A stretch of DNA of 64,000 bases. Origin: Chitinophagales bacterium (GTDB taxonomy: Bacteria > Bacteroidota > Bacteroidia > Chitinophagales > JADIYW01). The stretch is from NCBI GenBank assembly GCA_023957245.1, contig JAMLHJ010000001.1, forward strand, positions 145,273 through 209,272. The letters run 5' to 3'. The translations under genes were made by a program, and so were the position numbers. This document shows positions 50,242 through 60,550 of the stretch, in pieces. The stretch's first letter is position 1; each line of letters opens with the position of its first letter. The notes under the pieces were generated by a model. The model was not told where the DNA came from, did not search any database, and saw nothing but the letters and a program-made list of their open reading frames with translations.

Positions 50242-53200
50242 CTATTTCTCTACATACTGTCCTACCTTCAAAAGTGTCTCTAGCTTTGAAAGTCTGGCTT
50301 CCATTTCTGCTTTTTGGGCTTCAAGAGATAACTTTATGTCTGCATTGTCAGATTTCAAACTAGCATTATCTGCTTTCAATTGTTCATTCTCTTTACTGAG
50401 TTCTTGGATAGCTTTCACCATAGGGGCCATGAGGTCATTATATCTCAAACTATACATTCCATCATCATCTTTTGTAATGACACCAGCTGGATCAACACCT
50501 GCTTTAAGGAGTGCATCTTCCACTTCTTGAGCTATAAATCCATATTCTGTATGATGGCTTTCATCATTTTTACGAGTATAAGCAACAGGTTTCAATGAAT
50601 TGACAAAAGCCAATCCTAATGGGGTGGAAATAATATTTTCTTTCCAACGACGATCACTCGTCACTGTCCATGCTACTTGAATACCAGCGTAGGAAATCAT
50701 TCCGTCACCTAAACGGATTTGATTGCTCCCAGTAAGATTGGGAACTTGTGCATTATACCCAAGAGCTATATTATTATCTCCACTCGTCAATAAATTAAGG
50801 GCTGAAGCTCCCATTGCTGTATTCCTTCTGCCAGTATTGATTTTACCTAGTGCATCATAGCCTGTTGCGGTGTTAAAAGACCCTGTACTATTCAATAATG
50901 ACCGTGTCCCAATCGCTGTATTATTTCCTCCTGTGACATTCATCAGCAAGGCTTGATATCCATGAGCTGTATTAGCATATCCAATCGTATTATTGAATAA
51001 AGCCTTACTTCCAACAGCAGTGTTTTCAGTACTATGAAATGACAATGATGCTCCTAAACCATTATTGAATAATGCGCTATCTCCTATAGCTACTAAATTA
51101 CTTCTAGTAGTATTAGAAGATAAAGCACTTTTGCCTATTGCTATGTTATCTTTACCTGTTGAATTATATTGTAATGATTGGAATCCACTCGCAATGTTAT
51201 CATTTCCTGATGTATTAGAATATAAAGTCTGATCACCACTCGCAATGTTACCACTTCCTGTTGTATTAGAATATAAAGCCAAATATCCACTAGCAATGTT
51301 TAGATTTCCTGTTGTATTAGAAAATAAAGCCTGAGAACCACTCGCAATGTTACCACTTCCTGTTGTGTTAGCATATAAAGCCTGAAAACCGCTCGCAATG
51401 TTTTGATTTCCAGTTATGTTGGAATATAAAGCTAGAGAACCGCTCGCAATGTTATAACTTCCAGTTGTATTGCCATTCAAAGCGAGATAACCATTGGCTA
51501 TATTATCACTTCCAGTAGTATTTGCAGCCAAAGCATAAGCACCATTGGCTATATTATTGCCACCAGTTGTATTAGAAAGTAAAGATTTAAGACCGTTGGC
51601 AATATTATGCTGCCCTGTTGTATTATTATATAAAGCACTATCACCCATAGCTATATTATAAGAGCCTGATGTGTTTCTAATAAGACTTTTAAAGCCAATA
51701 CCTATATTATGGTTCCCATTAACATTAGAATTTAAAGCCCAGTCGCCTATAGCAATATTATAAGAACCTATTGTGTTGGAATATAATGCACTAAAGCCAA
51801 TTCCTTTATTACAAGTTCCAGTTGTATTTGTCATTAAGGATTGAGTTCCTAGAGCAATATTATAAAATGCTGATGTATTACTTCTCAATGCTAAATATCC
51901 AAATGCTAAATTATTCTGCCCAGATACATTTGAAATCAAAGCTCTATGACCTATTGCTACATTATAACCTGCTAGGTTTGAATACAAAGCACTATCGCCC
52001 ATAGCTATATTATAATCTCCTCCCACATTTGAATATAAAGAGCGAACACCAACAGCAACATTAGAAATACCCACTGTATTACTATATAATGCTTCTGCAC
52101 CTATAGCTGTCTGCCCAGAAACAGTTGAGCTACTATTCAAAGCACCTTTTCCTATGGCGGTATTAGCAGTTCCAGTGGTATTGCTAAAGAGCGATTGAAA
52201 ACCTAAAGATACATTATCATTACCAGTGGTATTAGCATTCATTGATTCTCTACCCACAGCGGTGTTGGCTCTACCTGTTGAGTTACTAAACATCACATTA
52301 TCACCGATTGCAGTATTAAAATACCCAGAGGTGTTATTATATAGAGAACGGTGACCAGTTGCAGTATTATTATATCCAGTAGTATTGGTATTCATAGACT
52401 CTTTACCCAAAGCCGTATTCTCTTTTCCTGTTGTATTGCCAAACAAAGTGCGAAATCCAATTGCCACATTATCACCTCCAGTAGTGTTATTATATAATGA
52501 TTGACCACCAAAGGCAGCATTTCCATTACCAGTAGAATTGGTATAAAGTGCTTCACTACCCACTGAAGTGTTACTAAATCCTGTGGTATTATTAAAAAAA
52601 GATTGATAGCCAATAGATACATTATCATTTCCAGTGGTATTTTTCAACATTGAACGAAAACCCAATGCTGTATTCCTCCGTCCTGTAGTATTATTATACA
52701 TGGAACTATTGCCTATAGCTGTATTATAATATCCTGAAGTATTATTAAACATTGCATCATTACCTACTGCTGAGTTTTCATAGCCAGAAGTATTGCTACT
52801 CATGGCATTGCTTCCTAATGCTGTATTGTAATTTCCATTTACATTACTATACATGGCACCAATACCAACAGATGTATTATAATATCCTGTGGTATTTTTA
52901 AATAATGCTTCTTTACCTAAAGCAGTATTTGCGGTACCTGTAGAATTATTAAACAAAGAGCGAAAACCAGTAGCAGTATTATAAAAGCCAACTGTATTTG
53001 CAAAAAGAGCTTCAACTCCATTGGCTGTATTATTATATCCAGTAGTATTGCGATATAAAGATTGATAGCCAGTTGCAGTATTACTATCTCCTAATGTATT
53101 TAACCTTAAAGCAGCCGCTCCATAGGCAGTATTATAATTTCCTGCAGTATTAGCGTACAAAGCCCTATCTCCAGATGCTGTATTATAATTTCCAGTTGTG

Positions 53201-54033
53201 TTTGCATACAAAGCCTGATTACCTATAGCCATATTATTATTTCCAGTCGTATTAGAATACAATGATTGATTACCAATAGCTGTATTCAGATTGCCTGCAG
53301 TATTGGTATATAAAGACATATACCCAACTGCCGTATTATGATAACCATCTATATTAGACATTAATGTCTGATATCCAATGGCTATATTTCTATAACCTGA
53401 TGTATTATTATTTAATGCTTGAAAACCCGATGCAACATTTTGATTACCTGTGGTATTGGAATATAAAGAATAAAAGCCAGTTGCCGTATTGGAACTTCCT
53501 GTGGTATTGGAATATAAAGAATAAAAGCCAGTTGCCGTATTGAAACTTCCTGTGGTATTGGAATATAAAGAATTAAAGCCAGTTGCCGTATTGTAACTTC
53601 CTGTGGTATTTCTATTTAAAGATTGATTTCCAATAGCCGTATTGTAACTTCCTATGGTATTGGAATATAAAGAAGCCGTTCCACTTGCCGTATTGTAATT
53701 TCCTGAGGTATTGAAAAATAAAGACCTATACCCAACTGCCGTATTATGATAACCACCAATATTAGACATTAATGTCTGATAACCTACCCCGACATTTAGA
53801 TTAGTTGATTTATCATCGCTATTCCCTGCCTGAAAACCTAAAAACACACTTCCATCCCCAGTAATTCCTATTCTACCTGCTTTTTGGTTGGCCACTCTAA
53901 AATTGAGTGGAATATTATCGGTCGTTCCTATGAAATGTGTACCATCGACATTTACTGCCATAAGTACTCCAAGTAAGTTCCAGGTCTGTAAACTCAGAAC
54001 GTACCCATTGGGGTAATGCTTTCGTGCCAGCAT
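50242..54033 (-). CDS. Tail-fibre-like trimeric protein: about 60 17-aa Asn/Gly/Thr repeats plus C-terminal Peptidase S74 chaperone and coiled coil; 5' end disrupted
   Basis: Repeat unit G..N(T/I)A.G..(A/S)L.SNTT. S74 motifs SDRRWKENI, LKPVAY, GFIAQEVE, LRYNDL...VKAIQEL. The first ~25 codons of the track ORF appear to be out of frame with the ancestral N-terminus. Confidence 0.85.
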   Translation of the reverse strand: MLARKHYPNGYVLSLQTWNLLGVLMAVNVDGTHFIGTTDNIPLNFRVANQKAGRIGITGDGSVFLGFQAGNSDDKSTNLNVGVGYQTLMSNIGGYHNTAVGYRSLFFNTSGNYNTASGTASLYSNTIGSYNTAIGNQSLNRNTTGSYNTATGFNSLYSNTTGSFNTATGFYSLYSNTTGSSNTATGFYSLYSNTTGNQNVASGFQALNNNTSGYRNIAIGYQTLMSNIDGYHNTAVGYMSLYTNTAGNLNTAIGNQSLYSNTTGNNNMAIGNQALYANTTGNYNTASGDRALYANTAGNYNTAYGAAALRLNTLGDSNTATGYQSLYRNTTGYNNTANGVEALFANTVGFYNTATGFRSLFNNSTGTANTALGKEALFKNTTGYYNTSVGIGAMYSNVNGNYNTALGSNAMSSNTSGYENSAVGNDAMFNNTSGYYNTAIGNSSMYNNTTGRRNTALGFRSMLKNTTGNDNVSIGYQSFFNNTTGFSNTSVGSEALYTNSTGNGNAAFGGQSLYNNTTGGDNVAIGFRTLFGNTTGKENTALGKESMNTNTTGYNNTATGHRSLYNNTSGYFNTAIGDNVMFSNSTGRANTAVGRESMNANTTGNDNVSLGFQSLFSNTTGTANTAIGKGALNSSSTVSGQTAIGAEALYSNTVGISNVAVGVRSLYSNVGGDYNIAMGDSALYSNLAGYNVAIGHRALISNVSGQNNLAFGYLALRSNTSAFYNIALGTQSLMTNTTGTCNKGIGFSALYSNTIGSYNIAIGDWALNSNVNGNHNIGIGFKSLIRNTSGSYNIAMGDSALYNNTTGQHNIANGLKSLLSNTTGGNNIANGAYALAANTTGSDNIANGYLALNGNTTGSYNIASGSLALYSNITGNQNIASGFQALYANTTGSGNIASGSQALFSNTTGNLNIASGYLALYSNTTGSGNIASGDQTLYSNTSGNDNIASGFQSLQYNSTGKDNIAIGKSALSSNTTRSNLVAIGDSALFNNGLGASLSFHSTENTAVGSKALFNNTIGYANTAHGYQALLMNVTGGNNTAIGTRSLLNSTGSFNTATGYDALGKINTGRRNTAMGASALNLLTSGDNNIALGYNAQVPNLTGSNQIRLGDGMISYAGIQVAWTVTSDRRWKENIISTPLGLAFVNSLKPVAYTRKNDESHHTEYGFIAQEVEDALLKAGVDPAGVITKDDDGMYSLRYNDLMAPMVKAIQELSKENEQLKADNASLKSDNADIKLSLEAQKAEMEARLSKLETLLKVGQYVEK
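53447..53599. repeat. Three near-identical 51-bp tandem units inside the fibre gene
   Basis: Units start at 53447, 53498 and 53549 (CCTGTGGTATTGGAATATAAAGAA...) and differ at only 1-2 positions. Confidence 0.85.
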
Positions 54034-54270
54034 TGCGATAAAAACCTATTGCCACTATTGAATTTACCTTGCGCTTCATAAGATCGAATTCAAGTTGCCA
54101 ACCATCGGAAAATGTGGTGCTGGTCCATCTCTGGAAGGTAATACTATACATTTGCGCTAGCTGCCAACCGTGGCACTAATAGTCCTCCTCCTACGTTGGG
54201 TGATGTCAAATCTGGCGCTGCACTTGAATCAAGGTCTCTATTTCCTCGTATTAATGAAACACTACTGCGC
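53950..54270 (-). pseudogene. Frameshifted remnant of the fibre gene N-terminus
   Basis: DSSAAPDLTSPNVGGGLLVPRL and GFYRNAGTKALPQW lie in different frames. They resemble the usual D.SA.LD..S...GLL.PR and GFYY...W N-terminus of these Bacteroidota proteins (recalled pattern, not searched). Confidence 0.55.
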
Positions 54271-54689
54271 TCCTAGCTGTCTGAATACTGCCTGTAGCTA
54301 GTGTGGTGTAAAATATCGTTCGTATTATTGGGTAATAGTTGTTGGTAGTTAGATGGGGTTGGAATTACTTCTTGCTTCTCCTCTTTTACTTCTCTTATAT
54401 CCATAGGTTCGACAGCATTTATAACAGCATTTCGACAGCTCAATGACCGTCTAAACCACTAGCTTTTTTGTTCATGAAAATCATAGCTCACAATTTACCT
54501 TTCATTCTTCTCCATGGTTTCGACATTTCAGCAACATTTCAGCCAAACTCAAATGGCCATCTCAATGACCGTGCTCCCTACCATGCTTTATTCCTGCAAT
54601 TCTTAAATTTCATTAATGTGACTCTTGGATTCCATAGCTCTTGATTCATAGTTCTTGATTCTTGATTGTAAAAATATAAAGTTTTGAAC

Positions 54690-56292
54690 CTTAATTTGTT
54701 ACCTGCTCTCTATCTCTGCACCAAAATATATGTTCCTGCAGCTACTCCTCTCAGAATAATCTATCCGTACTTTGTGCACTGAGCAGATATTGTCCTCATC
54801 ATGAAGTGGTACTTTTATATCAAATGGTTTGGACTTTATAAATATATCATCTGTCGGGTTGGGATATACGCAAAAATCTCGCGTAGTTCGTCTGTCAACT
54901 GAGCTGTTACTACATTGGAAAGTGTATGGGTATCATCATAGTCGATAAGTCGTAATTGATAGTAATAGGGGGGATATTATCTTCATTTTGTCTGTAATAA
55001 TATTGTTGAGGTGTATTACGATTGCCATGCGAGAACTGTGCCTATCTTCTCAAAGTCTGCATCGGTAGAGCGTAACACTTCCAAATCTATCTGCATTCTT
55101 CTCCGGCTATTCATCCATTTTCAGTTCTATCTGGTACTTGCTCCTGTTGGCTGCAGCAGTGAGGTTTATCAGCTCTACAGGCAAAAAGGATGATGTCCCT
55201 GTAGCAAGCTTCCTTCCGCCAATCCCTCCTCCCTCATAGATGCCTCACTGGAACAGTATCTCTCGTTCTTGCATCCCAGTCCGTATATAAACAGAAATTG
55301 TCTGATATAAATGATCTTCTACCATCTTCATTTCATTGAATATTCAGCCATGCGTTTGCTGGGTACGGTCAGGTACTCTACAAGTATCTTCTTAGGCTCT
55401 GCATCATTCCGCCTTGATTGCATATAGCAGTAGGTTCAGTATACCTAAAATACAATGAGAAGAAGCGATGGGAGTAGAAAATATCCCCAATAATGGTCTG
55501 TCAGACATTCAAACATCCTTTGCTGAAGGCTCTGATATACAACTGTCCCATAAGGAACAGATTGAAATCCTAGAACTACACTCTCATAGCTAGCAGGTGT
55601 AAGGTGTGTACTCGCGTCCCATTCACCACTCTCAATCACACATGCATACTCTGTACACTCGTAGGATAATAATCCATCAGCTTGATGTTGGCTATATCAC
55701 ACCCCTAAGACGTACATATTTATGGATAGTCTGCACTGCTCGTTTCAGTGTACCGTGCTGGCTAATGACATTAAAAAATCTTGTCGAATCATAATTTTTA
55801 TGGCGATATCTGCATGAAAACATTATTCTAGCGGTATCTCTGCACTAGGAAACTGTACTTTGCACCACATTGCTTCCAAAGTCGAAGGTGCGCATCACCC
55901 AATCTGAGCCTGCGTTATATCTATGTTATAGTTTGGACTTCCATCCCATTTCTAGATAAGAACTAGTATGTACTCAATATTGTCAGTTACTATTGCCTTT
56001 TAAGTCATCCATCAAGAACATTAATTCCCAAATTGGAAATATCTCCAGATATATGCATAGTACCTGAATTATTAGATTCACTTATTCCAGATTTGACTAT
56101 GAAATCATCGATTCCTGTAATATGGGTATTAGCTGTTAATCTTAATTTACTATCATTAATGACAATATCTCCTGCATATCCGTTTGGAATATGGCAAGTA
56201 GTGAAAAATATAAATAATCCGACATAATGTATAAATCTACTCACACAATAATTTTTAGTTATCAAAATAGTGACTTGTGTCACATATTTCAT
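54690..56292 (-). pseudogene. Decayed T9SS type A sorting-domain secreted protein
   Basis: Fragments across frames with many stops: hydrophobic N-terminus and AGDIVIND..., EVLRSTDADFEKIG (~55040-55080), YYYQLRLIDYDD (~54935-54968), VYPNPTD (~54850-54869), GVAAGTYIL. Ends are approximate. Confidence 0.65.
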
Positions 56293-56511
56293 TAAGCAAA
56301 ATATATGAAGTTTCCAAAAAATACAACTAGAAATAGTAGAAATTTGTGTAAAAACAGCATCGTTACACAAATTTCCTAGTAAAAACCCACCTTAGTTGGT
56401 AAAAAATGTAGTTGAAATATAAAAAATTAGAATTTCAATATTCACAACATCATATTATCTCTATATCAATAAGAATTAATTTTAAGGAATATTTTACCAT
56501 CATTTCACTTT

Positions 56512-56633
56512 AGATGTTGAAGTATAATTCGGCATGACGTGTTGGAATAGCATGAACAAATACCGTCACCCTGAATTTATTTCAGGGTCTCTTTAGCCAA
56601 ATTGTTCTATAGATGCTGAAACAAGTTCAGCAC
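56512..56633. repeat. REP-like palindromes (GTCACCCTGAATTTATTTCAGGGTCT / AGATGCTGAAACAAGTTCAGCA family)
   Basis: Hairpins CCCTGAA-tttat-TTCAGGG and GCTGAA-acaag-TTCAGC, plus a degenerate half-site at 56512-56538. Confidence 0.75.
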
Positions 56634-56651
56634 TGTACTTATTGCTCAGTA

Positions 56652-56810
56652 CTTCATTAAACTTAGTGACCTTTGCGTAAGACTTAGTGTACTTTGTGGT
56701 TAGTTTTGGATGACGATATTCTTGAAATCAATAAATGGGTAGCACCTACGGAGCAATAGTTGGTCGTTTATTTATTATTACCTAGCGGTAGCCTCTAACG
56801 AGGCAAACTC
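56652..56810 (+). repeat. 159-bp direct repeat, copy 2
   Basis: Matches 50005-50163 and is followed by a TTCATTAT x3 microrepeat (~56833-56860). Confidence 0.9.
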
Positions 56811-56876
56811 AACCACCACATCTTCACATTACTTCATTATTTCATTATTTCATTATTTCAATTAATTTAGCAGAGT

Positions 56877-57245
56877 ATGTTATACGTCAAAGAAGTTGAA
56901 AATAAAGGACGAGGAATATTTACCTCTGATCATATTTCAAAGGGAACAGTAATTGAAATTTGTCCAGTTATTGTTTGCCCAGCACAAGACAGAAAATTGA
57001 TAGACCAATCATTTTTGTTCAACTATTATTTCCTTTGGGAAGAAGATTTACAAAGCACTGCTATTGCATTAGGATATGGAAGTTTATACAATCATAGTTA
57101 TCAGCCCAATGCGATTTATCGGACATACTATGAAGATCAAATCATTGAATTTATTGCTTTAAGAGATATTTTACCACATACTGAAATCACTGTCAATTAT
57201 AACTATGATCCAGACGATCAAACTCCAGTTTGGTTTGATGAATAA
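56877..57245 (+). CDS. SET-domain protein (putative lysine methyltransferase)
   Basis: KGRGIF, LGYGSLYNHS..PNA, LRDI...EITVNY. No post-SET Cys cluster. Confidence 0.88.
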   Translation: MLYVKEVENKGRGIFTSDHISKGTVIEICPVIVCPAQDRKLIDQSFLFNYYFLWEEDLQSTAIALGYGSLYNHSYQPNAIYRTYYEDQIIEFIALRDILPHTEITVNYNYDPDDQTPVWFDE

Positions 57246-57286
57246 TCCACAACAGCATAAAGTAAAAGATTTTCAATTATTTAGTA

Positions 57287-60200
57287 CTACTTAGGCGTAC
57301 TCAGCATCTTGTCAAATTTCTTGAATACTTTCAACCATTGAGGGTCAGACTCTTTGATTTCATGCCAATTCTCTACTGCTTCACTTTTTACAGTATCGAC
57401 TCCAAATACAATATCATTCATTGTTACGGCTGCCACAGATTCATCAATTTCACCACCACCTAAAAATTCATCAACAAAAAATCTTTGAAGTTCATTCAAA
57501 GTTCCATAAGTGTGAAGAAGTGACATTTCCAATTGAGTATCAAAATACTTTTCCAGCTTAGTCAAATATTCACCACTCATCATGGAATCAAAACCTTGCT
57601 CTCTCAATGATTTATTAGGATCTATTTTCTGGCCTGGCAACAATCCCAAAGTTTCGGCAGCTTCCAATTGCATAATTGCCATTAAATTTTCCTTTGACAC
57701 CTTGACATGCTTAGCTTCAGCTTTTACTAGCCCTTTTTCTACCTCCTCAAATGTTTCTTCTGATGAGACAGCTTCTTGTTTTATCGTATCAGCAGGTAGA
57801 TTTCTTACAGGATTTTCCCAATAAATCTGACGTTGCCAAGCATAAGTAGGCAATTGAATCCGATTATTATTCTGACCTTCAGATAGATGCTCCCAATTTA
57901 TTTTCAATACAGAATGATAGATTTTTTGTAATGCTGACACTTTCATATCAGAATAAACAGCATCTTTTTTTGTAGAAGCAATCCATGTTTTATTTTCAGT
58001 AGAAATTATTTTTCCTGCCAATCCTATCAAGGTAGTGCCTGGCCCCACTTCTATAAAATGCTGAATACTCAATTCTTCATCTAAATATTTGATATCATCA
58101 GCAAATCTTACAGTGCCTCGTAAATGTTTAGAAAAATATTGTGGAGTTAAATCTTCAACACTTAATTCTTTACCAGTAACATTAGAAATAACAGGAATTT
58201 GCAATGGTTTGAATTGAATCTTCGCCACCTCTTCTTCAAATTTCCCTAAAATAGAATCCATCTGATAAGAATGAAATGCATGAGAAACGGTCAAAGCAAT
58301 AGATTTAATCTTAGCTTCTTTCATCGTCTCAATCAGTTGTTGAACGGCATTTTTCTCTCCAGAAATAGTGATAGCTTTTGGAGCATTGACAGCTGCAATA
58401 TTCACCAATCCATTGGTCTGCTCTGTATAATGTCTGACAGTATCTTCATCTGACAAGACTGCCGCCATTGCCCCTTCTCCAGCAGGTAGCGATTGCATCA
58501 AATAACCTCTCACAGCTACCAATCTTAAAGCTTCTGGAAGTGAAATAGCTTCTGCTATTGTCAATGCTACAAACTCGCCAATGCTATGTCCAACTAATGC
58601 AGTAGGTCGAACACCTCTACTTAACCACAATTGAGCTAAGGCGTATTCTACAACAAATAGTGCAGGTTGTGTATAAAATGTCTGATGAATGAGTTGTTCA
58701 TCTGCATTTCCCCACAAGATTTCTTTAATAGAAAGAGGTAAAATCTTATCCAAAATTTCAGCACATTGATCAACTGCATTTTTAAACACTATCTCTGTAT
58801 CATAGATATCTTTACACATTCCATGATATTGAGCCCCTTGTCCTGAAAACAAAAACGCCAATTCTTTAGTGCCTATACTTTCTTGAGTATATTGATAAGT
58901 ACCTTTTTCATTAGCAACAAATAATTCAAGTTCCTTCTTTGCATCTTCAAAATTGGAAGCAATCACACTCAATTTGGTATCAAAATGATTTCTTCCTACT
59001 TGAAGCGTATGAGCTAAATCTGAAAAATTATTTTTAGAAATATTCTCCCAATTACTCAAATATTTTTGAATCAAATTTTTCAACGAATGCTCACATTTTG
59101 CACTCCAAACTAGCAATTGATTGCCTTCATTCTCCTTGACTTTTATTTCAGAATGTTCGGCAGCTTCAAATATCATGTGAACATTTGTGCCACTATATCC
59201 TGAAAGATTAATTGCTGCACGAATTGGGCTATTTCCTTGATTGACATTGATTACTTCAGTAGGTACTTCAATCGGAATCTTAGACCAAGGAATATCTTCA
59301 TTGGGAGTATTGAAATAAATATTAGGTGCTATTTGTTTATTTTTCAAAGTACCAATTACCTTAAAAAGCATAGCCATACCTATTGTGGCTTCAAGGTGTC
59401 CGATATTAGGTTTTAGAGAACCTACATAGATTTTATGATTTGTACCTTTATAACCATTGGCTATGGCTTGAATCTCCATAGCATCTGTAAATTTATTACC
59501 AATACCATGAGCTTCGACAAAAGCAATATCACTCGGCTGAACTCCTGCATCTTGAATCGCCAAGCGAATAGTTTCTAATTGCACTTGAGGATTTGGAGCT
59601 GTAAATCCATTACTCAATCCATCATGTTTGACAGCTGAACCCAGAATATAAGCATGAATATTATTTTTACTCTGAATGGCAATACTCTTTTTTCTTAAAA
59701 CTACAACACCACAACCTTCTCCTCTGACATACCCATCAGCATCATTAGAAAAAGCACGACATTGACCTGAACCTGACAAAGAACCCAACTTAGATAAGCC
59801 CACAAATAATTCAGGTGTCAGTAAAAGATTAGCAGATGCAACAATTGCTGTTTCAGCTTCTCCTCTATTCAATGCTTGACTAGCTAAGTGTAAGCCCACG
59901 ATAGAAGAAGCACATGCTGCATCTAGGGCAAAATTAGGACCTTGTAAGTCATATAAATAAGAAACTCTTCCCGAAGCTGTCGCAAATGGTATTCCAGTCG
60001 CATCATACACATCAACAGTATCTAACCGACCCGAACGCAATCTTGCTTGAATATAATCACTATTTCCTATTGCAATATAAACTGCAGTAGTTGTACCTTT
60101 CAATGAGTCAGCAGGAATATTAGCTTCTTCCAAAGCCTCATATACGACTTCCAAAATCATCCTTTGCAATGGATCTAAAGACTTGGCTTCTCTTGGAACT

Positions 60201-60550
60201 ATTCCAAAAAATCCAGCATCGAAAGCTTTTACATCATTAGTTAAAAAAGCTGCAGAACGAGCATTGGTATGTCCAGGCCTCAATGCATCAACGTCATAAA
60301 TCGCATCATTATCCCATCTATCTTTCGGTATTGGGCTAGATAAATCTTTCTTTTCAATCAAAGCAGACCATAAAGATTCCAAATTCTCAATTCCTCCTGG
60401 AAATCTACAACCCAAACCCACAATAGCGATAGGTTCTTTATCAGGCTTTGCTCCTTGAAGTTGAACTGCTTGAAGTTCAGCTTCTAACCTTTTTATTTTA
60501 ACTAGAGATTTTTTTAATACCTCTTGCATTTGATTGATTTGATCGGACAT
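57287..60550 (-). CDS. Single-module type I PKS (docking-like helix-KS-AT-ACP)
   Basis: EPIAIVG.GCRFPG, KS triad DAACASS / EAHG / NIGHLE, AT GHSIGE and HAFHS (malonyl-type), ACP GFDSMM. No KR, DH, ER or TE motifs. Confidence 0.92.
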   Translation of the reverse strand: MSDQINQMQEVLKKSLVKIKRLEAELQAVQLQGAKPDKEPIAIVGLGCRFPGGIENLESLWSALIEKKDLSSPIPKDRWDNDAIYDVDALRPGHTNARSAAFLTNDVKAFDAGFFGIVPREAKSLDPLQRMILEVVYEALEEANIPADSLKGTTTAVYIAIGNSDYIQARLRSGRLDTVDVYDATGIPFATASGRVSYLYDLQGPNFALDAACASSIVGLHLASQALNRGEAETAIVASANLLLTPELFVGLSKLGSLSGSGQCRAFSNDADGYVRGEGCGVVVLRKKSIAIQSKNNIHAYILGSAVKHDGLSNGFTAPNPQVQLETIRLAIQDAGVQPSDIAFVEAHGIGNKFTDAMEIQAIANGYKGTNHKIYVGSLKPNIGHLEATIGMAMLFKVIGTLKNKQIAPNIYFNTPNEDIPWSKIPIEVPTEVINVNQGNSPIRAAINLSGYSGTNVHMIFEAAEHSEIKVKENEGNQLLVWSAKCEHSLKNLIQKYLSNWENISKNNFSDLAHTLQVGRNHFDTKLSVIASNFEDAKKELELFVANEKGTYQYTQESIGTKELAFLFSGQGAQYHGMCKDIYDTEIVFKNAVDQCAEILDKILPLSIKEILWGNADEQLIHQTFYTQPALFVVEYALAQLWLSRGVRPTALVGHSIGEFVALTIAEAISLPEALRLVAVRGYLMQSLPAGEGAMAAVLSDEDTVRHYTEQTNGLVNIAAVNAPKAITISGEKNAVQQLIETMKEAKIKSIALTVSHAFHSYQMDSILGKFEEEVAKIQFKPLQIPVISNVTGKELSVEDLTPQYFSKHLRGTVRFADDIKYLDEELSIQHFIEVGPGTTLIGLAGKIISTENKTWIASTKKDAVYSDMKVSALQKIYHSVLKINWEHLSEGQNNNRIQLPTYAWQRQIYWENPVRNLPADTIKQEAVSSEETFEEVEKGLVKAEAKHVKVSKENLMAIMQLEAAETLGLLPGQKIDPNKSLREQGFDSMMSGEYLTKLEKYFDTQLEMSLLHTYGTLNELQRFFVDEFLGGGEIDESVAAVTMNDIVFGVDTVKSEAVENWHEIKESDPQWLKVFKKFDKMLSTPK

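Noticed and set aside
50242-54033. Prophage suggested by the tail-fibre/S74 domain
   Set aside because: No capsid, terminase, portal, integrase or lysis genes are in the window. Such proteins also occur as chromosomal genes in Bacteroidota.
53950-56400. Diversity-generating retroelement as the cause of local hypervariation
   Set aside because: There is no reverse transcriptase and no template/variable repeat pair differing at adenines. The damage is indels and stops.
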